This document shows, piece by piece, positions 46,730-54,875 of a stretch of 62,242 nucleotides of DNA. Each line of letters opens with the position of its first letter. The first letter of the stretch is position 1. The translations under genes and the position numbers were made by a program. This DNA is from a virus (Duplodnaviria; Caudoviricetes). Where the stretch lies: IMG/VR virus record IMGVR_UViG_3300009183_000009, positions 1 to 62,242 of that record. One strand, 5' to 3'. The notes below the pieces were generated by a model, which was not told where the DNA came from, made no database searches, and worked only from the letters and a program-made list of their open reading frames with translations.

Positions 46730-47695
46730 CTACCAATTCACATTACTGCGGGGGTAGTCTTTCTCCACAACGAATTGTGGAATAGTCTGTTTGACGGACT
46801 TCTTTTCCAAGTCCAGCGCCTTGAGGATGCGGGTCGACACCGCCTTACGCACATCCTTTTCGGTGACTGGCTTGTCTAGCTTGTCTATGCCGTCGATTTG
46901 TTGGTTGGGTGCGTGCCAACGTGGGCTTAGCATGAAGTCTCTCTGCTTCCATGCACGCTTGGATGCGAGCACATTGAACGCGTCCTGACACATCTCAAAG
47001 AAAGCGTGGATGTCAGCTGATGTAGCTGAGTCATCCGCAATCTTTCCAACGCACTTGCGTGCATCCCACTCTGACACAGCACCGCCAGCCCAAGGACGAC
47101 CCAAGCGGTCAGACAAAGCAACCTCAGCGGTGAACTCAGGCAGACGCATCTGCACAAGCATGAGGTAGTTGTCAAACTTCTTGAGTATCTCTGCGCGTGC
47201 CGTCTTGTCCTCGTTGCCCGACACCATTCTGTAGTGCGGTGTGTGGGATGACTTGGTTGTGTCGAGCACGCCATCAACATACATGAAGTCAGCGCTGAAC
47301 GGCGTGTCGCCGTCATACGTGAATACCTTGTTGTACACAGGCGCAATCACCTCACCAACTTGTGAGTTCTCGACACGCCTCCAACTGTCCTTGCCAAGAA
47401 CATAGTGCATGAAGTCCTTACTCGTTATTGAGTTGTCACCCATGAACAAGCGGCGTTCGTGTTGCTTGCCGTCGACCATCGTTGGTGCGTAGTAGCGAGC
47501 CATAACTGTGTGGTACAGAATGATGTCGAAGTGGTCTTCGTACTTGGCTACCCTGTAGTGATGGTAGGTCTTGTGGAGTGGGCGTTCGTTCTCTGCCCAC
47601 TTGTTGCTACGGACTGCGCCGCGATGATTGAATACTTTCTCTGCGTCAGCGTAGCTGTGTACGCGAGGTAAAGACCGAGCTGTGTTTCCAAACAT
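46730..47695 (-). CDS. Hypothetical early protein
   Basis: 321 aa ORF with GGAGTAATCAAT-ATG leader. Confidence 0.8.
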   Translation of the reverse strand: MFGNTARSLPRVHSYADAEKVFNHRGAVRSNKWAENERPLHKTYHHYRVAKYEDHFDIILYHTVMARYYAPTMVDGKQHERRLFMGDNSITSKDFMHYVLGKDSWRRVENSQVGEVIAPVYNKVFTYDGDTPFSADFMYVDGVLDTTKSSHTPHYRMVSGNEDKTARAEILKKFDNYLMLVQMRLPEFTAEVALSDRLGRPWAGGAVSEWDARKCVGKIADDSATSADIHAFFEMCQDAFNVLASKRAWKQRDFMLSPRWHAPNQQIDGIDKLDKPVTEKDVRKAVSTRILKALDLEKKSVKQTIPQFVVEKDYPRSNVNW

Positions 47696-47700
47696 ATTGA

Positions 47701-48099
47701 TTACTCCTTTGTGGTTGTGGTTGATTTAACTGCGGGAAAATCTGTGTTGAGTGCGTGGGATGTGTGGATGTAATCGTAGAGGTCGTCGTCGTTGCCGCCC
47801 TCATTGGTTTCTTCTGCGCCATCCTCACCTATTTGCACGATGCGAAAACCTGCATTGGGGTAAAGTTCTACTGCCCATTCCATGATTGCGTCGTGTGCTC
47901 GCACCTCGTCAAAGCTGTCGTACCATTTCACATCACTCGTTTCAAATGTGATGATTGGCTCTTCGTAGTTTGTCTCGCACTCTTCGATTGCATTTGTCCA
48001 ATGCTCATCGTTGCGATGCTTGACTAACTCAACGAATGTGTCTCGTTGCTCTACTGTTTCAAAGCGTATGACATACGCTACATCTGACCTATATCCCAT
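47701..48099 (-). CDS. Acidic hypothetical protein (MGYRSDV...VKWY...IGED)
   Basis: GGAGG RBS; its stop lies inside the next gene's RBS. Confidence 0.8.
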   Translation of the reverse strand: MGYRSDVAYVIRFETVEQRDTFVELVKHRNDEHWTNAIEECETNYEEPIITFETSDVKWYDSFDEVRAHDAIMEWAVELYPNAGFRIVQIGEDGAEETNEGGNDDDLYDYIHTSHALNTDFPAVKSTTTTKE

Positions 48100-48760
48100 G
48101 GGACACCTCCTCTTCAGTTGAAATATTGCCTTTGCTATCGAAGCGCCAGCCGTTTATATAGATGATTTCTTTAAAAGTTTCCTCGCTTGTGTATGCCTCA
48201 TACTCATCACGAAGTGCCTTATAAATATCATCAGCCAATGACTTTGCCTCTTTGAGCACCCACTCTTCTAAGTCATTGACCAGACTCTCAATATCTATTG
48301 CACGCGCCACACCATTGACGCCAGCACCTTGGAAGATGCCTTGCCTAAACACCGAGTCGTTGTCATCAGCATCAATGTCCGCAGTAATGGTCACGCCCTC
48401 CAACCGCATACCACCTGAGTGGACATACATGAATGAAGTGGTATAGATGAGTGCCCTGATGCCTATCCACTCCTCCTGCATCAACGCAAGCAGAACTGTG
48501 TACCGCCCTGCATTGGGGTGCGTAGGCGTTACATAATGCTGAATGAAGTCATCGAGGTTGACTCGTCCTGTCCACGATGCGCCATCGCCTTGCGAGTAGA
48601 AACCTGAGTAGTAGATTTGGTCAACCAACATACCTGTAGCTTCTACTGCTTTGTCACCGATGTACTGTGCGTAGACTTCCTCATACCAATCATCGGGCGG
48701 CTCGCCATACTGGGATATGGCGTTGCTCTTTGCGTTCTGTTCTAAGTCTTCAAACTCCAT
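48089..48760 (-). CDS. Acidic protein with YSGF.SQGDGAS motif
   Basis: Motif recalled from mobile-element proteins loosely annotated as antitoxin-like; function unverified. Confidence 0.7.
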   Translation of the reverse strand: MEFEDLEQNAKSNAISQYGEPPDDWYEEVYAQYIGDKAVEATGMLVDQIYYSGFYSQGDGASWTGRVNLDDFIQHYVTPTHPNAGRYTVLLALMQEEWIGIRALIYTTSFMYVHSGGMRLEGVTITADIDADDNDSVFRQGIFQGAGVNGVARAIDIESLVNDLEEWVLKEAKSLADDIYKALRDEYEAYTSEETFKEIIYINGWRFDSKGNISTEEEVSHGI

Positions 48761-49304
48761 TTAGTTTCTCCAAAAGTTTTATCAATGTGCTTGCCAACTT
48801 CTCTTCAAGTACCTCCTCAATAATCTCCTGCACGCGGTCTGCGTCAGGGTAGTCGTTGCTGTCTAAATAATTTTCTATCTTGTCGTCAACGTCGTACGCA
48901 TCAAACTTGTCATCGAAGTCGTAGTCTGTGATGGCGTCATGCACTTGGTTGCTGATGTCGGTGTCACGCACCTCTCTGCGAACCTGTTCTGTGATGATGT
49001 CGTCCATGATTTCCTTGACTCTGTCCTCGTTGACATGGTCGTCGTCATCGATGTGGGTATTGACTACAAAGGTTGCGATGTCGTGTATTGACTCCCTGAA
49101 CGACTCGTCGATGTACTTCACAGTACCATGAGCTTGCAAGACGGCGCTGACCTTCTCCTCGACTTGTTGGTCAATGTGCGTATTGATTGCATGAAGCAAG
49201 GTGTGTATCAGCGTTGAGGTAGGGGGCTTGGGTTGAAGTTCGTGAGGTGTATCCAAGTCGGGGACTGTGGTTTCTGTTTGGTTTGTGTGGTCGATGTATG
49301 TCAT
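48750..49304 (-). CDS. Highly acidic helical protein
   Basis: Start moved to ATG 49304 behind GGAGTAATCAAC; D/E-rich C-terminal half. Confidence 0.75.
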   Translation of the reverse strand: MTYIDHTNQTETTVPDLDTPHELQPKPPTSTLIHTLLHAINTHIDQQVEEKVSAVLQAHGTVKYIDESFRESIHDIATFVVNTHIDDDDHVNEDRVKEIMDDIITEQVRREVRDTDISNQVHDAITDYDFDDKFDAYDVDDKIENYLDSNDYPDADRVQEIIEEVLEEKLASTLIKLLEKLNGV

Positions 49305-49351
49305 GTTGATTACTCCATTTAAAATACTGGTGAGGCGCACCAGCAACGCAA

Positions 49352-49374
49352 CTTAGTATCAGAGTGATACTGAG
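49352..49374. promoter_or_regulatory. Palindromic operator AGTATCA-N3-TGATACT, copy 1
   Basis: CTTAGTATCA-GAG-TGATACTGAG. Confidence 0.8.
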
Positions 49375-49404
49375 ATTTAAAAGGCAATGAGTGTTCCCTG
49401 TGCG

Positions 49405-49518
49405 TCACAGGTAGCACATCACGCCCATCCGCCACACGAACAAGTCGAGGGCGAGAACTACGCACGCTATCAGATACGCCATCACAAAGGTGATGCGTAT
49501 GGGTGTGAACCTTGTCAT
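49405..49518 (-). CDS. 37-aa membrane protein (absent from ORF track)
   Basis: MTRFTPIRITFVMAYLIACVVLALDLFVWRMGVMCYL; ATGA overlap and AGGAG RBS. Confidence 0.6.
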   Translation of the reverse strand: MTRFTPIRITFVMAYLIACVVLALDLFVWRMGVMCYL

Positions 49519-49718
49519 TCTTCTATCTCCTTGGGATACTGCATGAACAGTATCCTGCCCTTGTAGTCGTGCGGTGAGAGGAAGTCACAGTTGTTTAGCT
49601 CTGCGGCTTTCGCCTCTATGTCACCATCGGCTATGTACTCGGCGCTGTGGACGCGATGCACAAGTGCTGAGTCCCCGTCAAAGAACTCTATGTCCCCAAA
49701 GATTACGAATCGTTTCAT
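49515..49718 (-). CDS. Hypothetical protein
   Basis: GGGAG RBS; ATGA overlaps. Confidence 0.65.
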   Translation of the reverse strand: MKRFVIFGDIEFFDGDSALVHRVHSAEYIADGDIEAKAAELNNCDFLSPHDYKGRILFMQYPKEIEE

Positions 49719-49903
49719 TCTGCTCTCCCTTCAATTTCAAAACCATACGCATAGGTATCCGATGCCTCATTTGCAAGCGTCTTACCTACCCCAATGTCAT
49801 CGACTACATTTTGTAGTGCTTCTCCCAAATCGTTCGCCTCGTCATAAGTTATGACCAACACGAACCTGTTGCCTGCGCCCTTGTTGTATTTATCTATGTT
49901 CAT
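49715..49903 (-). CDS. Hypothetical acidic protein
   Basis: AGGAG RBS before ATG 49903. Confidence 0.65.
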   Translation of the reverse strand: MNIDKYNKGAGNRFVLVITYDEANDLGEALQNVVDDIGVGKTLANEASDTYAYGFEIEGRAE

Positions 49904-50133
49904 TTCACTTCTCCTAAAGTTGTTTGGCAATACCCCACATACCCATTCTGTTCATACAGTTTGGTTGCTTCTTCATCGCTCTGCGCCTCTTCAGGGTGCT
50001 TGTAGCCGACCACCTTTATGTGTTCCTCATCAAGACTACCGAGATAGCCCAAGTCGTCCATGAGATTTGTAATGGCTTCACTCTTGTCTTCGCCCACTAC
50101 CCACACATCAACAGTTATTTTGTATACATTCAT
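49900..50133 (-). CDS. Hypothetical protein
   Basis: AGGAG RBS; stop overlaps the next ATG. Confidence 0.65.
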   Translation of the reverse strand: MNVYKITVDVWVVGEDKSEAITNLMDDLGYLGSLDEEHIKVVGYKHPEEAQSDEEATKLYEQNGYVGYCQTTLGEVK

Positions 50134-50144
50134 GTTGTTTCTCC

Positions 50145-50405
50145 TTACTTTGTTCTAAGTTCTACGATGAACGGTGATGGGAGTGCTTCATATAACTCTT
50201 TGGTTATTTCTTTCAACTCACCTGCTCGGCTTGCGTGGTCACCGAACCAATACCATTCATCTTCACGACTATGGCAGTCGCCCCAAAAGCTTTTGGTTAA
50301 CCTATCCAAGTATTTGTCGGGGTCACCCTTGGTTTTGAATTTGACGACTGAATCACTATCCATATCGCCATTACGAGTTTCGATTGCACCGATGTAATAT
50401 TTCAT
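50145..50405 (-). CDS. Hypothetical protein
   Basis: AGGAGAAGCAGA-ATG leader. Confidence 0.7.
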   Translation of the reverse strand: MKYYIGAIETRNGDMDSDSVVKFKTKGDPDKYLDRLTKSFWGDCHSREDEWYWFGDHASRAGELKEITKELYEALPSPFIVELRTK

Positions 50406-50434
50406 TCTGCTTCTCCTAAAGTTGTTTGTGTAAA

Positions 50435-50457
50435 CTCAGTATCAGGGTGATACTCAG
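50435..50457. promoter_or_regulatory. Palindromic operator, copy 2
   Basis: CTCAGTATCA-GGG-TGATACTCAG. Confidence 0.8.
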
Positions 50458-51086
50458 TCGTCTCTGCGCCGAGACAATAGCTCGGGCACTTTCATGTGCT
50501 CTCTGTCCTCCCTTCCTATTGATAGCCAGCGGTCACGCAATGACTCAATGGCAAACGATGAGACCAACTCCCACCAGTTACGCTTCTCTTTCTTGTACTT
50601 GCTTGGCTCAGACTCGAAGTCGAGCAGTATCCTGCTCTTCTCCCTTGTCAGTATTGATAGGTACTTTTTTAGTAACCCCTCGTACTCGCCTTGTCCCATC
50701 TGTTCGGCGTAGCTACGCTGTGCTCTCACCTTTTTGATTTCATAACCCATCGGGTCTAAGGTTTGTTTGAGTTGGTTGCGCCACTTGTCTACCCATGCCT
50801 CGTAGCGTGCCTTGCTCATGATGAGCCGCGCCATGCGTTGGCGTTCCTCAATGATGGATTCCATCTTTGATTTCCCTATGTCGCCACTCACCACCATGTT
50901 GTGCAATTCCTTGCGGGTCTTCTTGCTTGGGGGTGTGCGCTTGGGTTGGCAAGCTTTGCAATTCTTGGAGGAGATGGTCATAAGCACATCACCTTTCATG
51001 CCTCGGGCTTGCATTTGTGCGCGTGTGAGTCTGCGGTTGAACTCGGCGAGAGGCTTTTCTTCTCCGCATTTGTTACACTTTTTCAT
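50454..51086 (-). CDS. Basic protein with N-terminal CxxC...CxxC Zn finger
   Basis: MKKCNKCGEEKPL.EF...CKAC; adjacent to the large inverted repeat. Confidence 0.75.
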   Translation of the reverse strand: MKKCNKCGEEKPLAEFNRRLTRAQMQARGMKGDVLMTISSKNCKACQPKRTPPSKKTRKELHNMVVSGDIGKSKMESIIEERQRMARLIMSKARYEAWVDKWRNQLKQTLDPMGYEIKKVRAQRSYAEQMGQGEYEGLLKKYLSILTREKSRILLDFESEPSKYKKEKRNWWELVSSFAIESLRDRWLSIGREDREHMKVPELLSRRRDD

Positions 51087-51112
51087 ACATTTGTCCACTT
51101 CGTTGTTCGAGC

Positions 51113-51390
51113 ATACCCACCATTTTTCCTTACTGGACAACCTAGTGGGTATCTCGGTTGTCCGATGTTTACTGGCGATTCTACTACTCTATCCCACGAT
51201 ACCTATCGCATACGGACATATCAAAGGATAAATAACTTTTCACACCCACCTCAACCTGTATATATATATATTTATCTTTTTATCTCTTATATATATATAG
51301 GTATTGTGGGATGGGTATGGCTTGAAGCCCCGCCAGTATTGGGATGCGCGATACCCACCAGATTGTCCACATGGGAAAAATAGTGGGTAT
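51113..51390. repeat. Large nested inverted repeat with AT core; candidate replication origin
   Basis: 51113-51153 vs 51350-51390 match 34/41 as inverted arms; inner pairs TACTGGCG and 51191-51206/51297-51312; (TA)n core. Confidence 0.75.
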
Positions 51391-51428
51391 CGTTCCCACA
51401 CCTGTATATAAACACAGTTGTGGTTAAA

Positions 51429-51451
51429 CACAGTATCACATTGATACTGAG
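51429..51451. promoter_or_regulatory. Palindromic operator, copy 3
   Basis: CACAGTATCA-CAT-TGATACTGAG. Confidence 0.8.
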
Positions 51452-51454
51452 TCG

Positions 51455-51652
51455 TCATATCAGGCGCAGTTGTTGGGCTGAACGCTTGATGTCTTGCCAC
51501 TCATCGAGGGCGGCTTCTTCTTTGAGCTTGCGCTTCTTGTCGTGGTATGCCTTGGGGTTCTTGTCGTATAGGTCTGCCATAGCTTTGCAGTCTTTGCGTA
51601 GCTCGGCGAGCTTGGTGCGGGTATCGGATGGGATGTGGATGCGGTATTTCAT
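51455..51652 (-). CDS. Small basic hypothetical protein
   Basis: GGAGTAATCAA-ATG leader. Confidence 0.7.
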   Translation of the reverse strand: MKYRIHIPSDTRTKLAELRKDCKAMADLYDKNPKAYHDKKRKLKEEAALDEWQDIKRSAQQLRLI

Positions 51653-51656
51653 TTGA

Positions 51657-51836
51657 TTACTCCTTGTCGTTGTTGAAGATTTGCATGAGTTGTACGCCGA
51701 GCATGAAGGCGCAGAGTAGGGGCAACATAAGCCACAAGGGCGGGATGTATTCGAGTGCTACCTCAATGTGGGTCTTGATGACGACTACGCAGATAGCGCT
51801 GAGGAATACATGGGACAGGACTTGTGTGGATTTCAT
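51657..51836 (-). CDS. 59-aa two-TM membrane protein
   Basis: GGAG RBS before ATG 51836; two hydrophobic stretches. Confidence 0.65.
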   Translation of the reverse strand: MKSTQVLSHVFLSAICVVVIKTHIEVALEYIPPLWLMLPLLCAFMLGVQLMQIFNNDKE

Positions 51837-51883
51837 TGTGGTTCTCCAGTTGAATCGGGATGAGAGTGATTCGTATTTGACAG

Positions 51884-51921
51884 AAAAAGAAATAGCGGCG
51901 GGACTTGGCATCCACGCCGCT
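51884..51921 (-). terminator. Intrinsic terminator after the first early gene
   Basis: AGCGGCG/CGCCGCT stem followed by a T-rich tract on the minus strand. Confidence 0.6.
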
Positions 51922-51930
51922 TGGAAAAAA

Positions 51931-51953
51931 CTCAGTATCAAGTTGATACTAAG
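51931..51953. promoter_or_regulatory. Palindromic operator, copy 4
   Basis: CTCAGTATCA-AGT-TGATACTAAG. Confidence 0.8.
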
Positions 51954-51956
51954 CTG

Positions 51957-52331
51957 TTACACAGAAGCCAAGAAGCGGCGTTTCTCAGCCGCAGTCAACT
52001 TACCGAAACTTGTTACCAAACGAGCAACCTTGTCAGTCTTGCTGTTGGTCTTAGCCTTGGGTTTGCTTGGTGCTATCTCATCGCCAAAGATGCGGTTAAG
52101 CACTCTGTTCATTGCCATTCGCGCGGTGCTACCTTGCTTGAATGTCGTGCCGCGTTGACCCTCGTAGGGCTTGCAGTTGTACTTCTTAGATGCCCATTCG
52201 ATGACCAATGGCTTTGCGTCAGTACGAGAGGCGATGCCTAAGGGCAACAAGTCAGAGAGAAGAACGACTGACACATTGTCAGCTTTGTTGAACACGGCGA
52301 AAGCCTGTGCTTTGATGGATGCGAGTTGCAT
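51957..52331 (-). CDS. First early gene, basic Ala/Lys-rich protein
   Basis: Start moved to ATG 52331 behind GGAGTAATCAAT. Confidence 0.75.
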   Translation of the reverse strand: MQLASIKAQAFAVFNKADNVSVVLLSDLLPLGIASRTDAKPLVIEWASKKYNCKPYEGQRGTTFKQGSTARMAMNRVLNRIFGDEIAPSKPKAKTNSKTDKVARLVTSFGKLTAAEKRRFLASV

Positions 52332-52343
52332 ATTGATTACTCC

Positions 52344-52372
52344 AAAAGAAAAGCCCCGCATAGTGGCGGGGC
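52344..52372 (-). terminator. Intrinsic terminator-like hairpin in the early leader
   Basis: GCCCCGC/GCGGGGC stem then TTTTCTTTT directly before the RBS. Confidence 0.65.
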
Positions 52373-52407
52373 GTCACAGCGAATGAGTTCCCCCAATCGA
52401 TGCATCT

Positions 52408-52416
52408 AGTATACCA
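52408..52416 (-). promoter_or_regulatory. Extended -10 early promoter
   Basis: TGgTATACT on the minus strand at the head of the early arm. Confidence 0.5.
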
Positions 52417-52451
52417 CAATGCGTTTGGAAAGACCCTTTACACCACTCGGA

Positions 52452-52474
52452 CTCAGTATCAGTTTGATACTGAC
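52452..52474. promoter_or_regulatory. Palindromic operator, copy 5
   Basis: CTCAGTATCA-GTT-TGATACTGAC. Confidence 0.8.
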
Positions 52475-52611
52475 CCCACCTACCCCCCACCCCCCAATAT
52501 GCACAGCCATGCCCCGTCCCTGTGTGAACACTATTCCCCAGCCATTCTAAATACTTCAGTAAACCTTATTTACTACACCCCATAAATTTTATAAAAATTC
52601 CAAATAACCTA

Positions 52612-52627
52612 TGTCAAACTTTGGACA
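52612..52627. promoter_or_regulatory. TGTC-N8-GACA operator, upstream of terminase
   Basis: TGTCAAACTTTGGACA. Confidence 0.55.
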
Positions 52628-52636
52628 TTCCACCAT

Positions 52637-52668
52637 AAAAAAAGCCCCCTGACTTACATCAAGGGGCT
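52637..52668 (-). terminator. Intrinsic terminator insulating the early arm from antisense transcription
   Basis: 10-bp stem with one G-U, followed by a T run on the minus strand. Confidence 0.6.
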
Positions 52669-52767
52669 GAAGAGACTTTGCAGTCTAGGAGAAGCAACGG
52701 ACAACTGCTTGCCGCATCACTTAAGAAATAGTATACACTTCGGCCATCGAGGTTGCAAGGGCCGCGC

Positions 52768-53364
52768 ATGTTAGAACACTTGGTGCAATTTGAGCCAGAC
52801 GTCACCAGTCTGGAAGATTTCAGGGAACTGGATGATGTGTCATCTGGGGATTTGCTGTCTGCGCAAGTTGCTACAACAGAATGGCTTAAAGAACTTGGTG
52901 TTGCCGCAGATGCAGAAGTAAATAAGGAAGCGCAAACTACCGCCGCCCGTGAAGCTTTCAATGTCGTCACCACAAACACAGACGATGCAACACAAAAATC
53001 CAAACTGCTCCAACTTAAAACCCCAGAGGCTGTGCGCCACATTACAGGCATGTTGACAGCCTATGACTGGGAGTTTGTGGAGATGGCCAAAGAGTTGCGC
53101 GGGTACACCGTAGCAAAACTTTTTGAAGAAACCCAATCCCCCAACGCCAACATCCGCCTTAAAGCCTTAGGACTACTGGGTAAAGTTACAGAGGTGGGTT
53201 TATTTACAGATAAGCTTGAAGTCAAGAAGACTGACCTCACCGATGAGGAGATCGACCGCAAGCTTAAAGACAAGCTGGCCAAGTTCATGGGCGTGCAAGA
53301 CGCTGATGTAGTAGAAGACATCGAGATAAATGAAACTGAACGACCTGACACTGAATCCAACTGA
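52768..53364 (+). CDS. terS: Probable terminase small subunit
   Basis: Directly upstream of and overlapping terL; RLKAL.LLGK...VGLF motif. Confidence 0.65.
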   Translation: MLEHLVQFEPDVTSLEDFRELDDVSSGDLLSAQVATTEWLKELGVAADAEVNKEAQTTAAREAFNVVTTNTDDATQKSKLLQLKTPEAVRHITGMLTAYDWEFVEMAKELRGYTVAKLFEETQSPNANIRLKALGLLGKVTEVGLFTDKLEVKKTDLTDEEIDRKLKDKLAKFMGVQDADVVEDIEINETERPDTESN

Positions 53365-54868
53365 GATTCAGGCCATCCAGAAAGCTCTCCCCACCCTAAA
53401 CTTGGCGGAGAAGGTGGAGCTTATGGGTATGTTGGAAGAGCGTGAGAAACGCTACCAAGTCAACGTGGGTCGTACAAACATGATTGACTTTGCCAAACAC
53501 GTTTACCCCGGATTCAAAGTCGGGCCACACCACAAGAAGTTGGCGCGGATATTCCAAGACGTGTTAGACGGTAAAAAGAAGAGAGTAATTATCAACATTG
53601 CCCCACGTATGGGTAAGTCCGAGTTTTCGTCTTATTTGTTCCCCGCGTTCTTCCTAGGTAAAAACCCTAACAAGAAGATCATTATGGGGACGCACACTGC
53701 GTCGCTGTCTGAAGACTTTGGACGGCGGGTTCGTAACTTACTGGATGATGAGCACTATCATGAGTTATTTCCCCAAACACTTGTGGCAGATGACCAGAAG
53801 GCCGCTGGAAAATGGTCAACAGCCGCCGGTGGTCAGTACTACGCCGCCGGTGTCGGCGGTGCTCTTGCTGGACGCGGCGCTGACCTATTCGTTATTGATG
53901 ACCCGCATTCGGAACAAGACGTAAAAGCAAACAGTCGTCTAGCGTTTGACACAGCGTGGAGTTGGTTCCAGACTGGCCCTTTGCAACGTCTGATGCCGGG
54001 CGGTGCGATCATAGTCATCATGACGCGCTGGGGGCCGTTGGACTTAACTGGCAGACTCATACAGTATCAGGTGAGTAACCCTGACTCCCCCGTTTGGGAG
54101 ATCGTGGAGCTTCCAGCCATCCTGAACGAGAACACGGAGAACGAGAAGTCGCTCTGGCCGGAGCAGTGGCCGCTCGAGGCGTTGAAGTCTGCCAAGTCCT
54201 CAATGGATCCACGGTACTGGAACGCGCAGTACATGCAGCAGCCTACCTCGGATACGGCGGCAATCATCTCAAGGAAGCACTGGCGTATATGGCAGGGGGA
54301 CGACCCACCCACTTGTGAGTACATCATTCAGTCTTGGGACACGGCGCATGAAACCAAAACAACATCCGACTATTCTGCCTGTACTACTTGGGGGGTCTGG
54401 TACAACGAGGAGGAGAACGACAAGCCCCAGCTTATCCTCCTTGACGCTTTCAAAGACCGGATCGCATTCCCAGAACTCAAACAAGCTGCCTTTAAGCACT
54501 GGAAGGAATGGCAACCCGATGCCTTCATTGTGGAGAAAAAGGCGGCAGGTGGGCCACTGATCCAAGAACTCAGGGCGATGGGCATCCCTGTACAAGAATT
54601 TACACCGAGCCGTGGAAACGATAAGATGGTGCGTGTGCAGGCTATTGCGGACTTGTTCTCCTCTGGTATGGTGTGGGCACCCGACACTCGCTGGGCACGT
54701 GAAGTGATTGAGGAAGTTGCGTCCTTCCCAGTTGGCGAGCACGATGATTATGTGGACACGACCAGCCAAGCACTGCTTCGATTCAGACAAGGCGGCTTCA
54801 TCACGCTAGACACTGATGAGCAAGATGAGCCACAACTTTTTAAGCGCCGTACTGCGGCATACTATTGA
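53330..54868 (+). CDS. terL: Terminase large subunit
   Basis: INIAPRMGKS Walker A, FVIDDP Walker B, MTRW, QSWDTA and HDDYVD nuclease motifs. Confidence 0.95.
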   Translation: MKLNDLTLNPTEIQAIQKALPTLNLAEKVELMGMLEEREKRYQVNVGRTNMIDFAKHVYPGFKVGPHHKKLARIFQDVLDGKKKRVIINIAPRMGKSEFSSYLFPAFFLGKNPNKKIIMGTHTASLSEDFGRRVRNLLDDEHYHELFPQTLVADDQKAAGKWSTAAGGQYYAAGVGGALAGRGADLFVIDDPHSEQDVKANSRLAFDTAWSWFQTGPLQRLMPGGAIIVIMTRWGPLDLTGRLIQYQVSNPDSPVWEIVELPAILNENTENEKSLWPEQWPLEALKSAKSSMDPRYWNAQYMQQPTSDTAAIISRKHWRIWQGDDPPTCEYIIQSWDTAHETKTTSDYSACTTWGVWYNEEENDKPQLILLDAFKDRIAFPELKQAAFKHWKEWQPDAFIVEKKAAGGPLIQELRAMGIPVQEFTPSRGNDKMVRVQAIADLFSSGMVWAPDTRWAREVIEEVASFPVGEHDDYVDTTSQALLRFRQGGFITLDTDEQDEPQLFKRRTAAYY

Positions 54869-54875
54869 GGTACGG

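Noticed and set aside
49352-52474. Five palindromes as a CRISPR array or integron attC sites
   Set aside because: Spacing is 0.5-1.1 kb with whole genes between, and no integrase or GTTRRRY cores are evident.
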